64,000 nucleotides of DNA from Tetramitus jugosus (Eukaryota; Protista; Heterolobosea). The stretch's first letter is position 1; each line of letters opens with the position of its first letter. Position numbers and translations under genes: made by a program. Below, one piece after another: positions 42,035 through 53,505 of this stretch. The notes below the pieces were generated by a model. That model saw only the letters and a list, made by a program, of their open reading frames with translations, searched no databases and had not been told where the DNA came from. The stretch covers positions 62,001-126,000 of the forward strand of contig OW569372.1 of NCBI GenBank assembly GCA_937625935.1, read 5' to 3'.

Positions 42035-43015
42035 TTAAACTTTTGGTACAAGCAGAGAAATATGTCTTGGGAAGATGGTATTAAATGACCAATCGATGTT
42101 AGTGAATAATGTGCTTGTTTTGTGACTCCAACAACGTCACACAGGAGGTACCAAAAAATCAGGGCACTGACTCAGGGGTCACCGAGAACTTTCATCCTCT
42201 CCTCTCCCATGCTGAATGGGAGAAAAGTTCGAAGCCACACCACGCGTGTGAAGGCGTCAAGTGTCGTCTTTGTGACTTTTTGTCGGTCGCAATGGGATGT
42301 AACCTCCAGAAGAAGCAGTGGATGATGCTTATTTCGGAATTGACCTTCACAGCAGATATTTTGTGACCTAGAACAAATTAGATTTTTCGCGAATATGGTG
42401 GAAGGACACAAGAATATTCGAAGAGGGGTTGTTGGCAAATGCCAAATAGGTCTCGCCCTCTCAATGTCAATGACTAGGGGTTCACTTTCATCACCGACTT
42501 GATGCGCGTCAATCATGAAGTGGACAACAGCACTTACATCTCAGGCATGAAGAGTCCTTCAATGCGGATCTCCGCACTACAAATAATCAACAATTGATGT
42601 GAGAAAGCTCGTTCTTCGAGAAGATTTGTTTCCATGAAGTTCCTTACTATGGTTGAAATTCACGAGAAAAAGAGAAGCACATCCAACAACCTTCAATGAG
42701 CATCTACAACAGCTAATCAATAGTTTTACTCTTGTCCTAACAAAGACTTGCAAAAAGTATCGCAAGTTCAGAAGGTCATACCCGCAAAGAATTCTCCACC
42801 GGCGCCTAAGAGTCTTGGGAAAGAATCTAGATCATCCCAGAATCCGAAGGTCCGATGGCTAAAGCCCTGTTGTGGTTGACAATGCATTCAACGGTCAACA
42901 AAAAAAACTGCGCTTAGATTCTCTTAAAAAGCTTTTCCACACGTGTGAACAACAAATAATATTTCGATCAAATCGCGAAAACCACAATAACAACAACCAT
43001 AACAACAATAACAAC

Positions 43016-44024
43016 ATGGCATCATCATCATCGTTGCATCACTACTATCAGCTATATGAAGAGACTCTTACCTCATATGTGCCTCACATGTTTGCTTTCA
43101 CAGACAAGTACAGAGAGGTTTTGCCCATCTCTGCTGTCATCATCTATTTGATCATGGTGTTCTGTTTGCCACCATTGTTGAAATCAAAGGATGGTCAGAG
43201 AAAACCAGTGGGTGCACTGCTCAAATACTCCATGATCACGTGGAACTTGTTCCTGTCCGTGTTCAGCGGTGTTTTGTGCGTGTTGTCTGCTCTTCCATTT
43301 TTCATCAACTTTGTGTCAAAGAGAGGATTCATTGACACGATCTGCGACACAAAGCATGATCTGTTTCTGCCAAGCAGTATGCTATTCTGGGGCTTGTTGT
43401 TCGTCTTTAGCAAGTACATTGAGCTATTTGACACATTGTTCCTCATTTTGAAGAACCCAGAGAGACCAGTGCCTTTCCTGCACTGGTATCATCACACCAC
43501 TGTTCTATTGTTCAGTTGGTATGCAACAACTAGTCGCTACACTCTTGGTTATTACTTTGGTGCCATCAATGCTTCCGTTCACACACTCATGTACTATTAC
43601 TATTTCCAAATGGTATTGTAGATTGATTGTTATTGTTCTTGGTTGCCTTCTTTCCACAAGTGAGCATAGTTCTAACGCATTTTCATATTCTTTGTTGTGT
43701 CCATGTGTGTGAATTGTGTTCGTGCGCTTGTTTGTTTCCTATCTGTTTGTTTGTTTCCGATCACAGGAAAGAGGTATTAGACCAACTTGGGCTAAGCCAT
43801 TGACCATCTTCCAAATTTCACAAATGGTAATGGGTATTACGTTGAATGCCTTGTTTGCTCGTGAATGGTTGAGTGGCAGAGATTGTGAATGCCATCATCC
43901 AAGAGAGATGTTGATTGCTTGCGTCATCATGTACGCCAGCTACTTGTTCCTGTTCTGTCGCTTCTTTATCCAACGATACTGGGGCGCCAAGAAGCCAATA
44001 CCAACCAAGGAAAAGAAACAATAA
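43016..44024 (+). CDS. Fatty acid elongase (ELO/GNS1/SUR4 family)
   Basis: Exons 43016-43612 and 43767-44024 (GTATTG...ACAG). SKYIELFDTLFLIL, FLHWYHH, NASVHTLMYYYY, TIFQISQM, C-terminal dilysine KEKKQ. Confidence 0.95.
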
Positions 44025-44054
44025 ATTCCTTTACTTATTTTTTCACAAACATGA

Positions 44055-44080
44055 TTCCCGCCAAAATTATGGCGCCAAAA
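44055..44080. promoter_or_regulatory. Paired E2F-like elements upstream of GCP3
   Basis: TTCCCGCCAAAA (44055-44066) and TGGCGCCAAAA (44070-44080), 55-80 bp before the ATG. Confidence 0.5.
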
Positions 44081-44134
44081 ATTCTTCCTCTTTCTGAGTG
44101 AACAACTGTTTTCGAGCGAAACAAACAACAGAAT

Positions 44135-46919
44135 ATGAACGAACAAGATGTCGTGCTTCTCATGCAGAAGCTCATTGCCCGGAACATTCCAGAACGATCT
44201 ATTCATCAAAGTCAAGAGCAATATGAAGCAAAAGCAAACAACGTATGTCTCTCATGTTTTTGTTTCAATAGATTGCATTTATGGCCCATACTCAACAATT
44301 TTTTCCTTCCAAAGTTACTTCGTTATCTGTTGAATATATTGGCAAGTAAAATGACTCCTTCTCATGCACCTCTGATGAACGATTCAATGATGCTTTCTGA
44401 AATGGTCAAGAAGAAGTGTACGTGTTTGTCTCAAATGATGTTTACTTTGCATTTTGTTGACTCATCCAACTCATTTGTTCATTGTTGCTTTCCTGTTCTT
44501 TGATCTCATTTGTAGTGTCAAGAGAGAATCGTCTTCAAGATGCCATCTATTTTTCAGAGCTCTATCAACGGTTGAACAAGCAGGGCAACGTTCTTACGAG
44601 GAAATGGTCAATTGTCTATCTGTTGTACACAATTGGCAATGACAATCGATTGTCTGATAGTGGAGTTGGAAGCCATACAGCTCCTATTGGATTATCTGCG
44701 TTTCAAATGGGTTCATTTAATAATCAGAACACTGCCAAAGAGTACTCGTCCATGAATGAGAGAATCTCTTCAAGTGCTTCACAACAACAACAACATCAAC
44801 AACAGCAGGAGGAAAGATCGGATAGACAAGTGGTCTATCAGAAGTTTAAGTCATTTGAAAATAGTTTGTACATTGATTTGTTTTTGTGTGGAAAAAGTAA
44901 CGAATCGTTGATTGACATGATATATTTCTCTACTTGCCTGCATTTACTCTCGTTGTTTGAATCCATCTGTTTGTAGCTTCGTTTGAAGTTGATGAATCTG
45001 AATTGTTGAGAGATGTCATATTTGCATTTCAGGGAATTGATGGAAAATATGTTCGATATGATACTTTAATTGATGGATTTGTGGTCGATCCAAAAGTTGG
45101 TGTACCGAGAGGGACACGAGATTTAATACGAAAGTTGTGCGAGCTTGGATGGTTGTTTAAGAAACTGAAAAACTTTGTCGACGCATCGAACATTCAATTG
45201 ACTAATGGATTGATTGTGCAGAGTTTTTCTGCTGCTATTGAATCTGAGCTCTTATCTTATTATAAGCTCATAGCTTCCCTAGAATCCCAGATACATTCAA
45301 AAACATCCATTACACTGCGTCAACTAATGGTATGGACGCTGGAGCCAATGGAACGGTTGAAAACAATGGCCGTAATAGTGGACACTTGCAAGGGAGTTAA
45401 AGGTGGTGCATTATTGGGAATGATACAATCATACGCAAAGCACGGAGATCCAATCATTCGCTCATTTGTGCAAAATATTTTAAATCGTGCCTGTGTTCCC
45501 TTCTTCAATACAATTAAGGCATGGGCGTTCGAAGGCGAGCTCGAAGATCCATTCCAAGAATTTTTTGTCGAAGTAAATGCCGAAGTACCAACAGAGTCCA
45601 TGTGGTTTAAGAAGTACTCGCTCAGACATCAAATGTTGCCTGGATTTCTATCTGTTGAGTTTGCGGCAAAAATTTTGAAGATTGGAAAAACGATTAACTT
45701 TATTCGTCATTGTTGCAATGATTCCGAGTTTGTGATTGATTCTAATACGATGGCTCAAGCCTCCAGAAGCTTCTCTTATCAAAATATTGAGCAACTAGAA
45801 GTAGTCATCAGTCGGATTGCCCATATAGCCGATCAGAGAGTGATGCATCTTCTATTCGATAAATTTAAGGTCAAACTCCATTGTACAGCACTAAGAAAAT
45901 ATTTGCTGTTGGGTCAAGGTGACTTTACCCAACAATTATTGGATCTATTACAACCGGATCTCGATAAGCCAAGTCATACCATGTATCGACATAACTTGTT
46001 GGCTATATTGGAAAGTGCAATTCGTGGATCTAACGCACAATATGATGACAAGGATGTATTGGATCGCTTGGATGTGCGTATGATTTCCAAGACGTCAGGT
46101 TCTGGCTGGGATATTTTCTGTCTAGACTACAATATGACAATGCCTCTGAATACTATATTCACACAGGAAACAATGACCACCTATACAAAGATTTTCCAAT
46201 TTTTGTGGACAATTAAGCGAGTGGAATCATCGCTTGACTCGACGTGGAAGAGACATATGCACGTGTCGAAGCTTTTGCAAAACGCAACGCGAACACTGCC
46301 CAGCTCCGATTCTCTTAAGCAACTAGTTGTAATCCTTCACATCTGTAACATAGTTCGCCACAACATGGTGCTATTTATTGGCAATGTGCAATACTATCTC
46401 ATGTTCGAAGTGTTGGAGTGCTGTTGGCAGGAGCTTTCACAGACCATGGCACGTCTACGAGAGGATGGTGATTTGGATCAATTGATTCAAGCACATCACA
46501 AATATCTGTTACAAATCATTGATCAAGCCCTGCTGAGCAAAACACAGAAAGATCTCAAGAATCAATTGGAGAAGGTGCTTCACTTTGTTGTCGAGTACAT
46601 TCGTACGCAGGATCTAGTTGCAACAACAGCCGAAGACATTATTCAGAAACTAAAGCTCAACAACGACAGACTGATGGAACAGCGCGCAGATATGATGCAC
46701 GACGATGATATGATGATGTCCGGTCGCTCAGCAGACATTTTTGATTCCAGAGCTGATCAATCGATACTGGAGCAGTGCTTCTCCCGAGTGCAAGGCCTCA
46801 AGAAGCAGTATGAGGAACAGAGTCTCATCTTTTTGAGAATGCTAGAGAAACAACAATCGAACGAAGTACTCGAATATTTGAAATATAGGCTCCAATATTC
46901 AGCAAGCAGAGATAACTAA
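44135..46919 (+). CDS. TUBGCP3: Gamma-tubulin complex component 3 (Spc98/GCP3)
   Basis: Exons 44135-44242, 44315-44417, 44516-44863 and 44977-46919 (donors GTATGT, GTACGT, GTTTGT). LLRDVIFAFQGIDGKY, KGGALL...HGDP, GELEDPFQEFFV, GKTINFIR, YLLLGQGDF, GWDIFCLDY, QYYLMFEVLECCW. Confidence 0.93.
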
Positions 46920-47059
46920 ATAAAACGAACTAACCAACCAACACACGACGAGATAACTTATCAAACTTTTTTATGATCAAATAAAGATAGGTGTTGATTA
47001 TCCGAATCAGTAGGCGGCGGATCTTCATCACACTGTCATTTCCCATCATCTCCATATGC

Positions 47060-47710
47060 TTAACTGCAGCATTCTTCTGGCACAATGTTGTCTCTCATGG
47101 AGAAAATTGTCCAACCAATGGTGTTACCTGCTACAATGGTCAAAAAGAGACCCATATTGTAACTCATGACAGCAAGCATAAGCAAATAGGAGAGAGCATT
47201 CTGGAAGAGAAAGACTGTTGGTTTAATGACGAACCATGCATAATACATGAAACGTCCAGTCTTCTTACTAGAGTCGTAGATGAGTGAAATTGTCGCGGCA
47301 AAAAGTCGTTTTTTGTCAATATCATTGTTTCAATGTCCAATAAAAAACGATAGCTCACAAAGAGCAAGCAACACACAACCAAAAGTTTTCGAAAGAAAAA
47401 AATCGTAAAATGACTGAAAGAGCTCTTACCCGTCCAATGGTTCATATTCCTGAGGCTTCGTATAAGTCACCTTTCTCTTCACAATCCAATACAAGAATTG
47501 ATTGACAATACAAGCAATAAACACAACAATCAGAGTGATCAGGTATTGCCACCACTTGTGAACCATGACACCTTCAAACATGAAATTGTGAAGCATAATG
47601 GTGTTCACAAAGAACATTGGCATGCTGTGACTAGAGTTGCCCATGTTCATGGCAAAAGTATCATGCATGGAGTATTCTCCAAAGGACGATGATGTTAGTG
47701 ACTCGCTCAT
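47060..47710 (-). CDS. Ctr/SLC31 copper transporter
   Basis: Exons 47710-47430 and 47267-47060 (GTAAGA...TAG). Met/His-rich N-terminus (MHDTFAMNM...HSMPMFF), YLLMLAVMSYN (MxxxM), GNTIG (GxxxG), C-terminal CCS. Confidence 0.92.
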
Positions 47711-48026
47711 TTTCTTCTTTTCTGTTAATAATGTGGTGTGTTTTTTTTTATGGTTGTTGATGTTTTCGGTGCCAAGATTTTCCATCTCCCTCCTGTGCGG
47801 TATTGGAGACTGGCGTGTTTTTTTGCGGACTCTGGGTCAATCTTGACGGGACAGGAAATGATGTCGCATTGATTGAAACGACACACCCTCTCGGATGAAC
47901 CATGAGGAGTGTGAAAAGAAGGATTCATCTGAACTTTAGTACATTGTCGACAGTTTTGTGGCTATATTCATTAAGTGGGTATATGTTTTATAGGAATTAA
48001 AATGGGTAACGAATCAAACACTCGCC

Positions 48027-49184
48027 TTAGAACAGCTTCTTCCTCCATTGGATAGGTGCCTTCTCGTCCAATTCCAACTCTGTCAAGTATCGTGGTTCAA
48101 CACCATTCGGTGCCACACTGATTGCCCATTCAATCATTCTTCGAATGCCCTCCTCTAGACTCGTTCGATCCTCATATCCCAACACTTTGACCGATTTCGT
48201 ATTGTTACAGAATGCGTGCTTCACCTCCAGAGGCCTTGCCTCCGTGTACAGTGGCTTTGGAGCTTCCTTGCCCGTGACTTGTGTGTACACTTGACACATG
48301 ACCTGTGCAATTTCGTTCAGTGAGTACTCTTTGAGTGCACCAATGTTGAACGCTTGAGAGGCAACCAGTTCCTTGTCGGCCAATCCGAGTGCCGCCATTG
48401 GACCGACACAATCACCGACATAGGAAGGCGCTCTCGTCTGATTTCCATCACCATAAATGTAGAATGATCGACCTCGCAGCAGACAATTGATCCAAATGAG
48501 AATCACTCCGCGATACGGATCACTCAACACGTTGGTATTGCTCTCACCATAGACATTGTGAGGCACACAGTGCACCCATTCAATATCGTGCAAATTACAC
48601 ATGATTTCTACAATTTGTTCCGCAGAGACCTTGGCCGCAGCATACACATCTTCTGGATTCGGCCTAAAGCTCTCATCAAACGGTGGTCCTCTCACTTGTC
48701 CATTATCCATTTTTTGTCCACTGCCGTACCTTGCCATACTACTATAGTTGACAAATCGTTTGACTGAACCACCACATTTGATTGCACCGGACACTACATT
48801 GACAGTGGCAATATGTGTCGTGTTACACACATCATAGGGACAGAATTGACTCAATCCTTCATAGGGATGACATGCCAAGTGATAGATAATGTTGGGTCGA
48901 ATGGAAGCAATTGTTCGAATGGTTAGTTTGTTGTCTGTGAGGTCAACCGAATGAAAAGATGACCATTGAGGTGAGATGACATCACTCGTAGAGTTACTCA
49001 AATCGTCAATGACGTGAACTTCGTGACCCAAGTGCATCAAATGATCACAAAGTGGACGACCAATGAGACCTGCACCACCAGTCACTAGAATGCGCAATGG
49101 TGGTGATGATTGAGAGCTACTCGTGCTGTTACTGCCACAAGTAGTCGTATGACTATTGTTGTTGTTGGTTGTTGGAGTTGTCAT
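48027..49184 (-). CDS. NAD-dependent nucleotide-sugar epimerase/dehydratase (extended SDR), bacterial-like subfamily
   Basis: ILVTGGAGLIG, SSMARYG, YAAAK (YxxxK), PHNVYG, IYGDGNQTR; intronless. Confidence 0.92.
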   Translation of the reverse strand: MTTPTTNNNNSHTTTCGSNSTSSSQSSPPLRILVTGGAGLIGRPLCDHLMHLGHEVHVIDDLSNSTSDVISPQWSSFHSVDLTDNKLTIRTIASIRPNIIYHLACHPYEGLSQFCPYDVCNTTHIATVNVVSGAIKCGGSVKRFVNYSSMARYGSGQKMDNGQVRGPPFDESFRPNPEDVYAAAKVSAEQIVEIMCNLHDIEWVHCVPHNVYGESNTNVLSDPYRGVILIWINCLLRGRSFYIYGDGNQTRAPSYVGDCVGPMAALGLADKELVASQAFNIGALKEYSLNEIAQVMCQVYTQVTGKEAPKPLYTEARPLEVKHAFCNNTKSVKVLGYEDRTSLEEGIRRMIEWAISVAPNGVEPRYLTELELDEKAPIQWRKKLF

Positions 49185-49409
49185 TTTTTTTTGTTGTTGT
49201 TGGTGTTATTTTTTTGTGTTGTGTTGCTAACTAAATATTGCGTAAAAAAGAAGTGGTGAGGATAGATAGGGTGGCAGAGATGGTGGTAGCGACAATCGAT
49301 GATTGGTTTGATAGCAGCAGTGAGAATTTAGGTTTTTTTGGTGAGTATGTCGGTGATTGGTTGTTTAGCGAATTTTGATTTTTAGTCTTGTCGAGCAATT
49401 CGAAAAAAA

Positions 49410-51449
49410 ATGAAGGTTGTAGCTCTGGTTAGCGGCGGCAAAGACAGCTGCTTCAACATGGTGAAATGTGTTGAAAATGGTCATGAGATCGTTTGTCTCG
49501 CCAATCTGGCCCCTCCTAATAGATCCGTTCAAGAACTCGACAGTTGGTGCTTCCAAACAGTGGGTCACAATGCGATCCACGCCATTGCTCAATGTATGGA
49601 ATTACCACTGTACCAGCAAGATCTGAATCGATCGTCCAATGTGACTTCTTTGGAATACTCCGAGTACAGCGGCGCTGAGGAGATCGGAGAAATCGGAAAC
49701 AGAACCGTAGTGGAGGACGAAGTGGAAGATTTGTTTTTGTTGCTTCAGAAAGTGAAGAATGACTTTCCAGAGGTCAAAGGCGTTTCTTGTGGTGCCATCT
49801 TTTCTGATTATCAGCGCTTTCGCGTTGAAAATGTTTGTGCTCGATTAGGCTTGATCAGTTTGACGTATCTGTGGCGAAGAGAGCAGAGTGAGTTGTTGAA
49901 TGAGATGATTGAGAGCGGTGTTTGTGCTGTGATGATCAAAACGGCGAGTATGGGACTGAATCCGAGAAGAGACTGTGGTAAGACGTTGGCACAGTTGCAG
50001 ACAAGATTGGAAACGTTGAAATTGACTGCCGATCTCAATGTTTGTGGCGAAGGAGGCGAGTATGAGACATTTACGATCGATTGTCCTGTTTTTAAGAAGC
50101 GAATTGTGTTGGATAAGACGCATGTTGTGATGGATTCGGAGGATCAGTTTGCGCCTGTGGGATATCTGATGATTGAAGAGTTTCATTTGGAAGAGAAATC
50201 AGAGTCATCGATAATTGAGAGAGATGATCAGAAGAAGGCTGTTGTGGGAAGTACGTGGATGAAAACGTCAGCCACTGAGATTTGGAAGAAGATGAGCGAG
50301 AGTCAATTGAATTTGATTCGGGAGATGAAATCGCAACATGTGTCGTGTCAATCAAGAGTGGCTCATTGTGATGATAGAGGCATGCAGTATGATACCTGTC
50401 ATATTATTGCCACGTTTAAGAGTCATTTCAATAACGAAGAGAATTACAGTGATCCATTGTTGCAGACAGCAGCCATCATGCAGTGTGTCGCTGAACAGTT
50501 GAAGGAAAATCACTTTTCCTTGAGTGATCTCGTTCACAATGTTCTTGTTCTGAGATCCATGTCTGACTTCTCGACCGTCAATACTCTCTATTCCAGTTAC
50601 TTCGATAGACATCCGCCATCTAGAGTGTGCATCGAAGACAATACTATAGATGGACTTGTGAAGATTGAGTGCATTGGAGCCCGATTGAATAAGCAGCAGA
50701 TTCCATTGTCAGACGATGAAGATGTTGTTGATTTAACCAATTGGAAGAAGGTGTTGCATGTTCAGAGTATATCTGAATGGGCTCCCGCTTGTATTGGACC
50801 ATATTCCCAAGCAACACAGATTGATCAGATTATTCGAGTCGCGGGTCAAATTGCCATGAAACCCGAACTTATGACTATTGAGGCTGCAAGCATTGAGGAG
50901 GAGATTGCTCAGTGTTTAAGAAATGTGAACAATACGCTCGAGGCTTTAAATTCGAGCTTGAGTCAATGTGTTCGTTGTGTGGTTTACTACAAAGATACTG
51001 CAGCTGACAAAGATACCTTGAAGCGTATGATTACTAGTCAATGTAATTCTTTGGAGTCAGTGTCTGACAATATTTGCTTTGGCGATCGGATGATTTTGGC
51101 TCCTGTTAGTGCACTGCCTCGCGACGCCAAAGTCGAGTTCCATGTTTACGCTACAAAGAATGGAATAGATTTGGCTGTGAGCCAATCCAAGGAGACAGCC
51201 AATACTATTACGAGGGAGGTGAGTTCGATCAGCGTTGGTAAGCACAAATTCACTCAGATTAAGTTGTTTGGAGCCATCACGCCAGTCATTGTCACGAATG
51301 AATTGCAGTTGCTCAATAGTGACAGTTCTATTCAAGCATTAAGAGTCTTCTCAGACAAGAAGTTGGACATTTCTGATGTGTTCACAATTGCAAAGTACAG
51401 ATGCAGTAATGCAGATTTGGTAATTGAGATTGACAGCTTCATAAAATAA
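49410..51449 (+). CDS. DPH6: Diphthine--ammonia ligase with two C-terminal RidA/YjgF-like domains
   Basis: MKVVALVSGGKDSC, ELDSWCFQTVGH, GAIFSDYQRFRVE, VCGEGGEYET; PPSRVCI, LHVQSISEWAPACIGPYSQA, LPRDAKVE. Confidence 0.96.
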   Translation: MKVVALVSGGKDSCFNMVKCVENGHEIVCLANLAPPNRSVQELDSWCFQTVGHNAIHAIAQCMELPLYQQDLNRSSNVTSLEYSEYSGAEEIGEIGNRTVVEDEVEDLFLLLQKVKNDFPEVKGVSCGAIFSDYQRFRVENVCARLGLISLTYLWRREQSELLNEMIESGVCAVMIKTASMGLNPRRDCGKTLAQLQTRLETLKLTADLNVCGEGGEYETFTIDCPVFKKRIVLDKTHVVMDSEDQFAPVGYLMIEEFHLEEKSESSIIERDDQKKAVVGSTWMKTSATEIWKKMSESQLNLIREMKSQHVSCQSRVAHCDDRGMQYDTCHIIATFKSHFNNEENYSDPLLQTAAIMQCVAEQLKENHFSLSDLVHNVLVLRSMSDFSTVNTLYSSYFDRHPPSRVCIEDNTIDGLVKIECIGARLNKQQIPLSDDEDVVDLTNWKKVLHVQSISEWAPACIGPYSQATQIDQIIRVAGQIAMKPELMTIEAASIEEEIAQCLRNVNNTLEALNSSLSQCVRCVVYYKDTAADKDTLKRMITSQCNSLESVSDNICFGDRMILAPVSALPRDAKVEFHVYATKNGIDLAVSQSKETANTITREVSSISVGKHKFTQIKLFGAITPVIVTNELQLLNSDSSIQALRVFSDKKLDISDVFTIAKYRCSNADLVIEIDSFIK

Positions 51450-51468
51450 TCAATTTATGTACACGCTA

Positions 51469-53325
51469 CTACTTTCCATCCAACAACTTCAAGTCTTTCA
51501 AAATCTTGTGCAGGTTCTCTTCGTTCTCTGGTTTTACTCTGCAACAGAATGCGAATATGATCGAGACTACAAGGCCTAAGAGGCAGAAGGCCAAGTAGAC
51601 ATATGTAGCAACGAAATAGAACCACCTGATGGCGAATAGATTTTTCACGAGAACATTAAACATTGTGACGACAGTGCTTGATGGTCCGTAACTAGCAAAT
51701 GCTTCTGACACGAATTGAGCTGTTGTTATTCCTCCTAACATTAGCATGCCAACGACAAACAGGAGAGAACTCATCATGGTGTTCCCTTTAACAAGTGGAT
51801 GAACGGTAAACCATGGGATTTTGCTCACTATTTGTGCATGCCCTGCTAGAATACAAAACAGGAAATAGAATGAGAAGAAGCCATACAATATCGCACCAAT
51901 GGCAGGGAAATTACTAGTTAATCCGTCCAACCATGAGAGAGCCACATTAAGCAGAGGATGAACGGGGGAAGGGATAGCCATATAGAGAAGTACGTGCACG
52001 AATAAGACTGCCGAAACCAGAGCACTAAATAGAGAAATGAATGTTAGTTTTGTGATGTTGATGAAATGCAACTAGATGGTGGAGGGACTTACAAAAATAT
52101 TCCAATGATGAGCTTGGCTATTGGCCATAGGATGACCAGAGAGTTTTGATCAAGCTGTTCGTGGGTAATCTTCCATTGTTTTTCAATAGCGAACACAGCT
52201 CTCTTGTAGTCGTTGAACATTCGGACATCCTTTCTGGAGAGCGTGCCTTGATCTTGTGCTTCCAATAGTTTCTCTCCCATCTCCACCATTCTCTTTGATC
52301 GATCTCTTAGCTCGTTTTTAATTTTCATGAAGTCTTCTCCGCTCATTAACCTTTCTCTGAATCTGAAGGAAAGGATACAGGAGACAGGAAGAGCTGCAAG
52401 ACCACATCCACCACAAACAATGAAGACTAGCCATCCTGCCACACTTAACAATGCTACCATGTACACAACGACACTGACAAGTACTTGAACATATTCCACA
52501 GAGTACTTTGTCTAAGAAGGAAACAAGTGTGAGTAGATCCATTGCAATGTAGGTCATTGAGTGAGAAAAGTTACTACATACTCCAACAAATGATGCATCG
52601 GTTTCGTCAAAGGAATACTTTCCTTGGATATGTAGGTTGTAAGGAACATACGATTGACCAAACCAGTAGTATGTCACGCCAAATACTACTCCGAATATAA
52701 GAACCGCGATGATTGAGTATATCAAACCAAACAGAATTTGGTGCCTAATTCCCTTGTCTGGATCCTCACTCTCATAGTAAAACATAGCAAACGGAATAAC
52801 GACAACAATAAAGACCAGGAGAACTCCGAACAACACTTGCCAGAACACACCAAGACCAAAGTCCAAACCGCCCTTCATCTTGGCATTCGCCACATCCAGG
52901 GGTAACAAAACTATTGTTAAAAACGTGAGACCTAAGCCAAAACAGACAACAGCTTTAGGCATCCATGCTAAGCACGAATCCTCCTTTGATCCATAGTAGC
53001 ATACGAAAATAGTAGAGAAGGCAACCGCGCCAACGGGCAATAGGCAAGCACAAACGATTAAAACAATTCCATAGGCAGTTATTCGACGAGGTTTAGTTGT
53101 GTCCACTTCTGACGAGGTACCATTGGTGGTGGTGTTTGTCTCACTCAACAGGCCCATTCCTTTTCCCGCATTCATCTTAAAGAATAAGACAGGATCAAAC
53201 ATTTCAGGTTTTGATACCTTTCTTGCTTCAACTACAACATTCGTGTTTTGAAGCTGTAGCAGAAGAACGAGTATGAGCAAAGAACATAGAATAAATGAAC
53301 AAAATTGTGATGATAGCTTCATCAC
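51469..53325 (-). CDS. LMBR1-like (LIMR family) multi-pass membrane protein
   Basis: Exons 53325-52582, 52511-52093 and 52024-51469, spliced in frame. LLPLDVAN, IPFAMFYYE, GCGLAALP, HPLVKGNTMMSSLLF. Confidence 0.9.
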
Positions 53326-53505
53326 TAGTAGTTTTCTTTCTGTGAGAAGTTCTATTATTTGAATCTAAGTGAAACAATGTCGTTCCTTCTTCTTTCTTGT
53401 TAAACCACAAAAAAATCTTCGCTGTTCGAACATTCCCTGTTGGGAACCCACATTTGGCGGTCAACTTTCTGTAGAAGCGGGCAACGGTCGAAGATTCACG
53501 GAGAT

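Noticed and set aside
42109-42862. Short ORFs in the ~1-kb gap between the adhesin and ELO genes
   Set aside because: Overlapping short ORFs on both strands with no motifs or coherent splice model; most likely a divergent promoter region.
21885-47710. COMMD7 and Ctr as a copper-homeostasis cluster
   Set aside because: They are 25 kb apart with unrelated genes between, and COMMD7 is a general Commander subunit.
49410-51449. DPH6 fused to two RidA/YjgF domains as a novel fusion
   Set aside because: This architecture is already known from yeast Dph6 and plant orthologues.
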